Positions 37,190 through 49,054 of a stretch of DNA of 64,000 nucleotides are shown one piece after another. The translations under genes were made by a program, and so were the position numbers. The notes under the pieces were generated by a model. That model saw only the letters and a list, made by a program, of their open reading frames with translations, searched no databases and was not told where the DNA came from. Within the stretch, counting starts at the first letter, position 1, and the number at the start of each line of letters is the position of its first letter. Source of the stretch: Hemiscyllium ocellatum (Eukaryota); NCBI RefSeq assembly GCF_020745735.1, contig NC_083401.1, positions 167,266,018 to 167,330,017 on the forward strand. Direction: 5' to 3'.

Positions 37190-38400
37190 CGGAGATGGAA
37201 TATGCCCCCTTGAGACTTAGATCATAGAATATAAGACTCTGGTGCCAGCATGCTTCAGATGAGGACCGTCCCATTGGAACAGGTCACTTCTTCCCCAGTA
37301 CTGGTGCTAATGTCCCATGAATTCATACCTATTTCTCCCACATCAATCTTTAAGCCAGGCTTTTACCTGATTAATCTCATTGACACTATGCTAATTAGCT
37401 TGTGGCTCAGGTAGTAATCCAGAGATTATTATTTTATTGGTTCTGATTTTAAATTTAGCTCCTAGCTGTTTATACTTCCTTGCCTCTGCTCTTTTTTATC
37501 TATGCATTTAGGATCTATGTGTACCAAAACCACAGGATCTTTACACACCCATATTTCTTCCTCTGCAGCCCAGATCCGATATCCATAACCTGAGTATCGG
37601 GCAGACAACACAACTTTCGGGACTCTTGATCCTGGTCACAGATAACAGTGTCTATGCATCTAATTATACAATACACTATTATAACAGCACGTCCTTCTCT
37701 CTTGCCACTCCATCCCCCCCAACTTGAATGGCTCCTGGCACCATATTGCTGCAGTTAGTAGGTTCATCCTCCCTGCAGTCCCCATTTCCATTCACACTGG
37801 GAGCAAAACTCTTGAACCTGTTGGAAAATGACAAGAGATGAGGCTTCTGCAACTTTATCTCCTGGATCACTTTAACTGCCTCATTCACACCCTCAACTTC
37901 CAGGCCCTGACCACTGGCTGAATTCAAGTTATTTAGCCTAAGGGGTGTAACTGTCTCCTGAAACACAGCATCCAGGTAACTCTCCCCCTCCCTGTTGTGA
38001 TCCACTGTTCGAAGTTCAGACTCCACCTCATCGACTCTGAGCCGGAGTTATTCAAGCAAACAACATTTATAGCAGACATAGTCACTGGGAACCATAGTGG
38101 GGTCCACAGCTCCTACATCATGCAGAAACAACATATCCCTGTTTTATTTAACTAAGTTTGAAAGTTTTTTTTTATTTTTTACTCTTTTAAAATGTCTGCT
38201 TACTTTCTCAGACTGATGCAAGTTGTAACCAATAAATTAACAAAATTCAATTTCACACAGATTCAAAATGGACAGAGTCTCCAATAGCCAATCAAATCAC
38301 AGCAGTCGTTACTTTTCAGTTTCCCCGCAGTCAAACACTATCTTGAACCAAAAATTCTTACTTCCCAGGCTGCTGTCCGCTCGCTCCCTCTCAGCACCAC
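37190..38400 (-). mobile_element. CR1 5' portion (ORF1 to endonuclease start), decayed
   Basis: ORF 37679-38026 (REGESYLDAVFQETVTPLR...LSFSNRF) resembles CR1 ORF1. EN-like remnants lie to its left. Confidence 0.65.
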
Positions 38401-39279
38401 TCCCAAAGTGAAGGCTCCATATCCATGGGGATTTCATTTCACTCCTCACTGCAGCAAATCATGTTAAAGTAATACATGTTACCCAGGGAATCAAGCCAGG
38501 GGAAATATCATGGAGCAGTCTATTGGTGCAGTCTCTGCTTCTTTGTCATGTTGGAGCATCAATGATATGTTCTTATTCCTGTACAAGAGTCTTCAGGATC
38601 TGAATGGCCTCTTCCAGGTCCAATGGAACAGGTTCAAGAGCTTAATTGTGCTGCACCTGTTCTTGTTCAACAGCTCAATGTGTTGACCAGACTCCATCTC
38701 TTCATGTTTAACAAGCAGAAGCATTGTATGGGCTGTCCAACATTTTGTTCAATAGTGTCGATGAGCTGAATGGCTTCCTCACATTCATGTGCAACCAGCT
38801 TAAGGTGTTGAATGAGCCCCTATTTCAACTGTGGAAATGAGCAGTGCCAGGCAGCGCTGGTGCATGAATGGTCTCGACACTTTAATCGAACAAATTTGAA
38901 TGTTGCCCGGATCTTGCTGCACATGGACACAGACATCTTCAGGAGCTGAGGGGGTATAAATTGTTTTGAATATTCGGTAATCTTCAGTGAGCACCCCCAT
39001 TTCTGATCTTATGATGGGGGAAAAACACTGATGAAGCAGCTGAAGATGTTTGTGCTTAGAAAGCTACACTCAAATCTCCTGCAGAGATGTCCTGGGACTG
39101 AGAGGATTGATGTTCACCAACCACAAACATCTTTCTTTGTGCTCTGAATGAGCCCAACCAGTGGAGACATTAACACCTAGTTTCCATTAAGTTCAATTTA
39201 GTTGGTGCTTCTTGATGAAATTCTGAGTCAAATGCTGCCTTGAAAACAGTGCCAATTCCATTTACCTGAGTCCCTGTAT

Positions 39280-39616
39280 TTTTATTTATATTCATTCACG
39301 GGATGAGGGTGTCGCTGGCTAGGCTGCATTTATTGCAGTTAAGACTCAGTCCCATTGCTGTGCGTCTGGAGTCACATTTAGACCAGACCAGATAAGGATG
39401 GAAGGTGATTTTCTATGGGACATTAGTGAACCAGATGGGTTTATTCCGACAATCAACAATGATTTCATAGTCATCTTTGGATTCTGAATTCCAGATATGT
39501 TTTTGAATTCAAATTTCACCATATGCCATGGCGGGATTTGAATCTGAGTCCCCGCAGCATTATCTGGATCTCTGGATTACCTCTTCCAGGGATAATACCA
39601 CAGGGCCATCGCCTCC
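39280..39616 (-). mobile_element. DeuSINE (SacSINE1-like) tRNA-derived SINE
   Basis: Minus strand GGAGGCGATGGCCCTGTGGTATT head, GATTCAAATCCC B box and CCCATCTGGTTCACTAATGTCC central domain. Confidence 0.7.
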
Positions 39617-40559
39617 TTGTTTTGTTCAACTCTTCTGTTAATGTCAATAGGTAGAGTGTATGGGTTGGAAGTGTTTTCTTCTCACAGAGGGTAGTGAATG
39701 TCATGAATCCCCTAGTCCAGAGAGTTAGGAGAGCTCGATCACGGAAAGCATTTAAAGAGGACATAAATATATTTTTGACCCTTCACAGAGTTGAGGCTGT
39801 GACTAATTGGGCATTAATTAGGAGTTGATGCCAACAGTAGATCAGCCATGATCTTATACAGTAACAAGGCATACTTGCCCACCCAAACTACCTGCTCCTG
39901 TTTCTTATTTTTTCACATGTGTAATTGAGAAATCAACGGTTGGAATTTTCCTGGATGTTCTGTTATTGAATGTTACAGTCAGAGAGAGCAAAGTATTTTG
40001 TGTGTCCTTGCTGTGCGAGGTATGGGGCCTATATTCAAAATGCATTTAGGTTTCCAGAAAGATTTTTGAGAGAGTCCCAAGACAATGAAGCACAAGTTGC
40101 AGAGAGGGAAAGCTCTGGAAAGAGGTGAGAGGCCTCTTTTGTACCCAGCTGGATTTCTGAACAACATTTTCCAACCCACAGCAAACCGTGTGTGACAGTC
40201 TTGAGGGACAGAATGCTATCTTATGTTACTGTGGATAGGCATTTGGAGCAAATGGTCTCCACCAGCTGTTGTGCAGGTGGTTTGACGGGCTGAATGGAAC
40301 TTTGGAACATAAAGGTGTGGAGCAAGAGCGGGTCATTGCTCCACCAGGCACTAAGGTCGTGGCTTATCTAATTGTGGTTATAGAAGGACGTTTCTGTCTG
40401 GGCATCATTTTTCTTCATTCACTTATCTATTAAATGTTTAACAAACACAACTTTGAGAAAATGCAAACACAGCCACTGAAAACTTCTGGGGAAGAGAATT
40501 CCCACTGGAATAGCCCTTTGAGAATGTTCATTCATGCAGTTTCCATAATGTAGAAGTTT

Positions 40560-43280
40560 CAGTAAAAACAGAGAAGTTGGTAAAAGAGGGGGAGGTGTGG
40601 CATTGTTAGGCAAGGACAGTATTACAGTTGCAGAAAGTTCGGTTAGGATTTGTCTACTGAGGTAGTATGGGCTGAGGTTAGAAACAGGAATGGAGAGGTC
40701 ACCCTGTTGGGTGATTTCTATAGGCCTCTGAATATAGAATAAAGGATAGCAAAGATAATTCTGGAGAGGAGGGAGAGTAACAGGGTAATTGTTATGGGGG
40801 CTTTAACTTTCTAAATATTGACAAGAAGTACTATATTTCGTGTACTTTAGATGAGTCCATTTTTGTCTAATGTGTGCAAGATAGTTTACTGATACAGTAT
40901 ATAGACAGACCAACAAGGGATGAGGCCACATTGGATTTGTTACAAGGTGATGACCTCAGTCAGGTGTTAGATTTGGAGACAGGCGAACACTTTCATGATA
41001 GTGACACCAATTCAGCTATGTTTACTTTAGCAATGGAAAGGAATAGGTATATAGTGCAGAGCAAGAGTTATTGCTGGGGGAAAGGTTATTACAACACAAT
41101 TAGACAAGGTGTAGGATACATAAGATGGGGAAGGAAACTGCAGGGGATCGGCACAAGTGAAATGTAGAGCTTATTCAAGGAACAGCTACTGCATGACCTT
41201 GATAAGCAGCAAGTGGCCTAACATCTATGTTGCAACCTTTTGTTACTTTGGCTTGAGACTGAAGTAAAAATAACCGAATTGTTGTACCTGTCGGGCGAGG
41301 GAGCCATGGGTTATGAAAGAAATTGAATCTCTTATCAAGAGGAAGAAGAAGATTTATGTTCAGATGAGATGTGAAGGCTCAGTTAGAGCTCTTGAGAGTT
41401 AAAGTTAGTGAGAAAAGACCTAAAAAGCGAACGAAGAAGAGCAAGGAGGGGTCATGAGAGATCATTGGCAGGTAGGATCAAAGAAAACTCTAAAGCTTTC
41501 TAAAGGTATATCAGGTGTAAAAGAATGACGAGAGAAAGATTAGGCCAAACAAGGATAATAGTGGGACGCTGTGCGTGGAGTCATAGAAGATAGAGAAAAT
41601 GCTAAATGAATATTTTTCATCAGTATTCACACTGGTAAAAGTCAATGTGCCGAGGAGAATACTGATACACAGGCTACTCGACTAGCTGGATTTTAAGGTT
41701 CACAAGGTGGAAGTGTTAGCAAATCTGGAAAGTGTGAAATTAGATAAGTCCCCTGGGCCTGATGGGATTTATCCTTGTATTCTCTGGGAAGTCAGGGAGG
41801 AGATTGCAGAACCTTTGGCTTTGAACTTTATGTCGTCATTGTCTACAGGAATGGTGCCATAAGACTGGAGGATGTCAAATGTTGTCCCCTTGTTCAAGAA
41901 GGTGCGTAGAGACAACCCTGGTAATTGTAGGCCAGAGAGCCTTACTTTATTTGTGGGTAACATGCTGGAAAAGGTTATAAGATATAGGATTTATAATCAT
42001 TGAGAGAGGAATAAGATGATTAGGGATAGTCAACACGATTTTGTGAAGAGTAGTTGTGCCTCACAAACCTTATTGAGTTCTTTGAAAAGGTGACCAAACA
42101 GGTGGATGAGGGTAAATCAGTTGGTGGGAGCATATGGATTTCAGTAGGGCGTTTGGCCAAGTTCCCCAAGGTAGGCTGTTGCAGCAAATAAGGAGACTTG
42201 GAACTGAAAGTGAATTAGCGGTATGGATCCGAAGTTGGCGAGCTGAAAGAAGACAGAAGGTGGTGGTTGATAGGAAATGTTCATCTTGGTGTTCAATTAC
42301 TAGTGGTGTAACACACGGACCTGTTTTTGTGGCCACTGTTGTTTGTCATTTCTAGAAATGACCTAGATGAGGGTATTGAAGGATAAGCTAGTAAATTTGC
42401 AGATGACACTAATATCGCTGAATTTGGTAGCAGTGCAGAAGGATGTTGCAGGTTATAAAGGAACATAAATATGCTGCAGAGCTCAACTGAGAGGCAGCAA
42501 ACGGAGTTTAATGTGGAAAAGTGTATGGTGATTCACTGTGGAATAAAGAACATTGGGCTAATGGTAAGATTCTTGGTAGTGTAGATGAGCAGAGAGATCT
42601 TGGTGTCCATGAGCATAGATGCTTGAAAGTTGCCACCCAGGTTGACAGGGTTGTTAAGAAGGCATACGATATGTTAGCTTTTCTGGTAGAGGGATTGCTT
42701 TTCGGAGCCATGTGATCATGTTGCAGCTGTACAAAACTCTGGTGTGGTTGCACCTAAGAATATTGTGTACAGTTCTGGGCACTGGATTACAGGAAGGATG
42801 TGGAAGCTTTGGAAACTGTTCAGAGGAGATTTTCGAGGCTGTTTCCTGGTATGGAGGGAAGGTCTTATGACGAAAGGCTAAGGGACTTGAGTCTGTTTTC
42901 GTTAGAGAGAAAAAGGTTGAGAGCTGACTTAGTTGAGACTTACAAAATTGTCAGAGGGTGAGATAAGGTGGACAGTGACAGCCTTTATCCGCGGAGGGTG
43001 ATGCATAGCATGAGGGGCCATAGCTTTAATTGAGGGGTGATAGATATAGGACAGATGTCAGAGATAGTTTCTTTACTCAGAAAGTAGTAGGGCAGTGAAA
43101 CGCTCAAAACAGTCGCAGACGCGTCAAATGTAAGGTCATTTAATTATTTGTCGTATAAACATATGGATGAGAATGGAATAATGTAAGACAGATAGGCTTT
43201 AGATGGGTTCCACAGATTGGCACAACAGCGAGGGCCGAGTGGCCTGTACTGAACTGTATTGTTTCATGTTCTATGTTCCG
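40560..43280 (+). mobile_element. Long decayed CR1 ORF2 (EN through RT to tail)
   Basis: YIDRPTRDEATLDL (EN), CLTNLIEFFEKVTKQVDEG, DFSRAFGQVP (RT) and a GTTCTATGTTC tail. Many stops and deletions. Confidence 0.9.
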
Positions 43281-44028
43281 AACAATGTTGGAGCGTCTCT
43301 GTTTCATTTTCCAGCGCCACACCTTCACTGGTTACAACAAATTTTAAATGTAACCAGTTTAGTGATGTAGTTAATCATATAGTTCTCAGACTGCACACAT
43401 CCTTAAGACCAATAGAAACATGGAAGTTTTCCAGAGTTTCATAATAGTTGAACTCATTCCAAATGGATAGATGAAAAGTGTCCCAAATGTTATTCTGCAT
43501 CCAAAGTTATTCTGCTCACACAAACTGCGAGTAATGGGGTTTCTTCCTTGAACAGTTGGATTAACCTGAATTCATTTGCTTCAGGCAGTGGACAGACTCT
43601 AATAAATCTTCATCAGGAATCCTCCAGGAGTATTAAAGATGACTGAGGAATTTTCTGATCTCACACTTTGCTGTCCAGAGGAACAAAGTCAGAGAGAGGG
43701 GTGGTAGGCTGCTGCTTCACAGGCAGGAACATTTTTCTCCCTCTCTATGTTGAAAATTACAATGATGTTAACTCAACGCCAAAGTGAACCATGTGAGACG
43801 TCCTTGAACTTTCTCTGGACTAGATGATGATGGACAATATGCAGGTGCATCATTGCTGTTGTCCTACCCAGTGCCTTAAATTGGCCAAAAAATGTTCCCG
43901 TTTTGTAACTTGATGACATTTTTCATGCATTTGCATAATGTTAAAAAGTCAATTAATGTCTTCATAATATCTGTATTAATAGCAATACATTCCATTCTTA
44001 AAACTTATTCCCTAGCTTTAGTCTCCTT

Positions 44029-44407
44029 TTTTTTCTTTTTTTTCTTTCTTTTTTCTTTTTTTCCCTTCTTTTCTTTTCAGGAAGAAAGGAAACACCCGAG
44101 TGGCCAGTGACAAGCAGTGCCCTTCACATCAAAGGGCAATGCTATGTGATGAAAACAGTGAAGGGGAGGGCAGGGACTAAATCAAAATAGCGTTGGAGGA
44201 GGAAATGATGCACTCCACTCCCTGCGGCACCCACCTCTCCCTGAACAACTCCAGGGTGTTGGTGGACACAGCATGCTCCTTCTTCAAGGACACCCGGGCT
44301 CTAACTTAACCACGGAAGAGGGGCAGGCAGTCAGCCCTCACGACCCCCTCCGCGGCCCGCTGCCTGGACCTGTTTATGGCCAGTTTGGCCAGGCCCAGGA
44401 GCAGACC
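44029..44407 (-). mobile_element. Tx1/L1-clade LINE 3' end with A-rich tail and 15-bp TSD
   Basis: AGCTTTAGTCTCCTT at 44014-44028 and 44408-44422. Minus strand reads LLLGLAKLAINRSRQR...DCLPLFRG*VRARVSL...LELFRERW, then an A-rich tail. Confidence 0.85.
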
Positions 44408-44664
44408 AGCTTTAGTCTCCTTCAGATAAATTATGCACCAGATATTCAGCTGACACACTTTTCTCAAAATCATCAATGGATCTAACAGTCATCTTATCTA
44501 AGTCTTACCGTGATGATCCTTCATAACAAATGGTCTCCATTCCAGAAATGAGTAAAAAGAAACAGCGTGGATAAACTTCTGAAATAATTACATGTTTTTG
44601 TCTTGGAATAGGGGATCAAATCTGCACACAGTGTACCAGATGAGTTCTTAGCAATGGGCTTTTT

Positions 44665-44976
44665 TTAGATTAGATTACTTACAGTGTGGAAACAGGCCCT
44701 TTGGCCCAACAGGTCCACACCGACCCGCCGAAGCGCAACCCACCCATACCCCTACATATACCCCTTACCTAACACTACGGGCAATTTAGCATGGCCAATT
44801 CACCTGACCCGCACATCTTTGGACTGTGGGAGGAAACCGGAGCACCCGGAGGAAACCGACGCAGACACAGGGAGAATGTGCAAACTCCACACAGTCAGTC
44901 GCCTGAGGCGGGAATTGAACCCAGGTCCCTGGCGCTGTGAGGCAGCAGTGTTAACCACTGTGCCACCGTGCTGCCC
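44665..44976 (-). mobile_element. HE1-type SINE, full length
   Basis: GGGCAGCACGGTGGCACAGTGGTTAAC head, B box GGTTCAATTCC and TAATCTAATCTAA tail. Confidence 0.93.
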
Positions 44977-45763
44977 TACACCGGGCTGTACAGATGCAGT
45001 AAACCATTCCTATAATTCAGCCCAATATCCTTTGCCAGGAACAATATCATTCCACTGAACTTTCCAAATTACTTTCTGCATCAGTGGGTTGATTTCATGT
45101 GATTCATGTACCAGAAACACAAAACTGCCTGTATCACACAGCTCTGCAATTTCCCTCCACATTAAGGATTTTACTGTTGTTTTATTCTTCCTGCCAAAGT
45201 AAATAACTCACGTTATGTCATTTCTGATGCAGGTTTGTTCACTAATCTCCCCTGTAGATATTATATTGCAGACTTACCGCCTCCATTTGACGACTTATTG
45301 AATGTCCATCTTGGTGTATGAGCAAAATGAGCATCAATCCATCCAGTCCCCTTCATCCAAAGCTTTGATACAGGTCATTAAACATTGATGACCCCACACT
45401 GATCTCTGAGGGACTCCACTAGTTATAGTTTTGCAATCTGAAAATAGACATTTGTTTCTCCTCTCTATTTCCTATTAGCAATCGCTTCCCTGTTGCTGTG
45501 TAGCAGCTTGGCGGGGTTGAATGGCCTCCTCCTTTGCTGGGTAATGTTCGCAATGAGCTGAAAGACTTCATTCTCTATTCCAAGGTAACATCTGAGAGGG
45601 GCATATTGATATCCCCGTCTCATTATAATGACTTTGACAGGCTGCTTGGGTTTGTCCTCTCCCTCTGTAACAGCCTCCAGGGATGGACTGAGAGAACGAC
45701 ACATTGGGTAAGGGCAGCTGTTGACCATTCAGTTGCACCAATCAGAATGCTCATGGCTAATCA

Positions 45764-48370
45764 GACTGTGTCTGACCATCCGACTGTGTTGGGCCAACCG
45801 ACTGTGTTTGACAATCGACTGTGTCTGACCATCCGACTGTGTCTGACCATCCAACTGAGCATGTCCAGTCGAGTGCAACTGACTGTGTCTGAACATCTGA
45901 GTGTGCTTTATTGTCCGTGTGTGTCTGACCATCTGATTGTGTCTGACTATCCCACTGTGTCTGATCATCTGACTATGCCTAACCATCTGAGTGTGTCTGA
46001 CGATCCAACTGTGCCTGACTATTCAACTGAGTCTGACGATCTGACTGTGACTTACCAGCTGATTGTGCCTGACCATCTGAGTGTGTTCGACATCTGACTG
46101 CATCTGACCATCCAAGTGTGTCTGAACATCCGAGTGTGTCTGATCACCTGACTATGTCTAACCATCTGAGTGTGTCTGACCATCTGACTGTGCCTGACTA
46201 TCTGAATGTGTCTGACCATCTGATTGTGCCTGACCATTCGAGTGTGTCTGACCATCCGACTGTGCCTGACTATTTGACTGTGCCTGACTATTCAACTGTG
46301 TCTGAAGATTTGACTGTGTCTGACCAGCCGATTGTGTCTGACCATCCGAGTGTGTCTGATCATCTGGATGAGTCTGACCATCTGACTGCATCTGACCATT
46401 CGAGTGTGTCTAACCATCCGACTGTGCCTGACCATCTGAGTGTGTCTGACTATTCGTGTGTGTCTAACCATTCAAGTGTTTCAGACCATCCGACTGTGTC
46501 TGACCATCCGATTGGATCTGACCATCTGAGTCTGTCTGACCATCCGAGTGTGTCTAATCATCCGAGTGTGTCTGACCATTCGAGTGTGTCAGACCATCCG
46601 ACTGTGTCTGACCATGCGAGTGTGTCTGACCATCCAACTGTGCCTGGTCATCCGACTGTGCCTGACTATCCAATTGTGCTTGACCAACCGAGTGTGTCTG
46701 ACCATCCGAATGTGCCTGGCCCATCTGAGTGTGCCTGACAATATCAACTGTGTCTGACCATCTCAATGTGTCTGACCATCCGAGTGTGTCTGATCATCTG
46801 ACTATGCCTGGCCATCTGAGTGTGCCTGGCAGTCCAATTGTGTCTGACCATCTGAGTGTGTCTGATCATCTGAGTGTGTCAGACCATCCGACTGTGTCTG
46901 ATCATCCGACTGTGTCTGACCATCCCAGTGTGTCTGACCATCTGATAGTGTGTGACCATCTGAGTCTGCCTGACCACACCACTGTATCTGACCATTTGAT
47001 TGTGCCTGACCATTCGGGTGTGCCTGACCATCTGACTGCGTCTGACCATCCGACTGTGTCTGATCATGTGGGTGTGTTTGACCATCCGTCTGTGTCTGAT
47101 CATCTAATTGTGTCTGACCATCTAATTGTGTCTGACCTTCTGAGTATGTCTAACCATCCAAGTGTGTCTGACCATTCGACAGTGTCTAACCACCTGAGTG
47201 TGTCTGGCCATCCCACTGTGCCTGACCATACGACTGTGTCTGACCATCCAACACTGCCTGACCTTTCAGGTGTGCCTGATCATCCAAGTGTGCCTGACCA
47301 TCCGAGTGTGCCTGACAATCGACTGAGTCTGGCCCTCCGACTGTGTCTGACCATCCGAGTGTGTATGACAATCCGAGTGTGCCTGACCATCCAACTATGT
47401 CTGACCCTCCAACTGTGTCTGACCATCCAACACTGCCTGACCTTTCTGGTGTGCCTGACCATCCTAGAGTGTCTGACCATCCAACTGTGTCTGACCCTCC
47501 TACTGTGTCTGACCATCCAACTGAGCATGTCCAGCCAAGTGCAACCGGCCATCTGACTTATTCTGAACATCTGAGTGTGCCTTATTGTCCGTGTGTGTCT
47601 GACTATCCTACTGTGTCTGATCATCTGACTATGCCTAACCATCTGAGTGTGTCTGACCATCCAACTGTGCCTGATTATCCAACTGCGCCTGACCATCTGA
47701 TTGTGCTTGAATATCTGAATGTGGCTCCCACCCGACTGTGCCAGACCATTCGAGTGTGTCTGACCATCCGACTGTGCCTGACTATTCAACTGAGCCTGAC
47801 GATCTGACTGTTGCTTACCAGCCGATTGTGTCTGACCATCTGAGTGTGTCCGACCATCAGACTGCATCTGACCATCCTAATGTGTCTGAACACCTGACGA
47901 TGCCTAACCATCTGAGTGTGTCCGACCATCTGATTGTGCCTGACCATCTGACTGCATCTGACCATCCAAGTGTGTCAAAACATCCGAGTGTGTCTGATCA
48001 CCTGACTATGTCTAACCATCTGAGTGTGTCAGACCATCCAACTGTGTTTGATCATCCGCGTGTATCTGACCATTCGAGTGTGTCTGACCATTGAACTATA
48101 TCTGACCATCCGGGTGTGTCTGATCATCCGACTATGTCTAACCATCTGAGTGTGTCTGACCATCTGATTGTGCCTGACTATTTGACTGTGCCTGACTATT
48201 CAACTGTGTCTGAAGATTTGACCGTGTCTGACCATCCGAGTGAGTCTGACCATTCGAGTGTGTCGGACCATCCGACTGTGCCTGACCATCTGAGTGTGTC
48301 TGACTATTCAAGTGTGTCTAACCATTCAAGTGTTTCAGACCATCCGACTGTGTCTGACCATCTGATTGGA
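45764..48370. repeat. 18-bp minisatellite, about 145 units, consensus GTGTCTGACCATC(C/T)GA(C/G)T
   Basis: Continuous 18-bp periodicity that translates as VSDHPT/VSDHLS repeats, with frame changes between ORFs. Confidence 0.95.
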
Positions 48371-49054
48371 TGGGGGAGGAGAAATGAGGAAGCTGGAGAA
48401 ATTTACATTCATCCCGTGTGGATGAGGCGCTCTTCCTCCAGGCGTTGTGTGGCCAGGGTGTGGTGATAGAGGAGGCCAAGGACCTGCATGTCTTTGGCGG
48501 AGTGGGAGGAGGAGTTAAACTGTTTAGCCACAGGGCATTGGGTTGGTTGGTGCAGGTGTCCCAGAGGTGTTCTCTGAAACGTTCCGCAAGTAGGCGGCCT
48601 GTCTCCCCAATGCAGAGGAGACCACATCGGGTGCAGCGGATACAGTAAATGATGTGCGTGGGGGTGCAGGTGAATTTGCGATGGATACGGAAGGATCCAT
48701 TGGGAGGTGACGGGGGAGGTGTGGCCGCAAGTTTTGCACTTCTTGCGGTTGCAAGGGAAGGTGCCGGGAGTGGAGTTTGGGTTGGTGGGGGGTTTGGACC
48801 TGACGAGGGAGTCACGGAGGGAGTTGTCTATCCGGAATGCTGATAGGGGAGGGGAGGGAAATATATCCCTGGTGGTGGGATCTGTTTGGAGGTGGCAGGA
48901 ATGACAGACAATGATAAAATGTATCCAGAGGTTGGTGGGGGTGGAAGGTGAGGACCAGTGGGGTTCTATCCTGGTGGTGATTGGAGGGGCAGGGTTCAAG
49001 GGCGGAGGTGCGGGAAGTGGAGGAGATGCGGTGGAGAGCATTGTTGACCACATC
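48371..49054 (-). mobile_element. Family-1 PLE fragment (thumb to GIY-YIG), inverted relative to the adjacent copy
   Basis: QTDPTTRDIFPSPPLSAFR...GTFPCNRKKCKTC and IIYCIRCTRCGLLCIGETGR on the minus strand. Confidence 0.9.

Noticed and set aside
5711-43936. Octamer motifs (ATTTGCAT/ATGCAAAT) at 5711, 8115, 15860, 17223, 25936, 29491, 29640, 36579 and 43929 as an IgH 3' enhancer
   Set aside because: They are scattered, several would be expected by chance in 64 kb of AT-rich DNA, and none is clustered with other convincing B-cell motifs.
45764-48370. CRISPR-like array
   Set aside because: The units are contiguous with no unique spacers, there are no cas genes, and the context is vertebrate.
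45534-48466. Long ORFs (VSDHPT repeats on +; MVRH and QSDGQ repeats on -) as a real repetitive protein
   Set aside because: An 18-bp unit keeps frames open automatically. The frames shift between ORFs, and there is no unique flanking domain, signal peptide or clear splice context.
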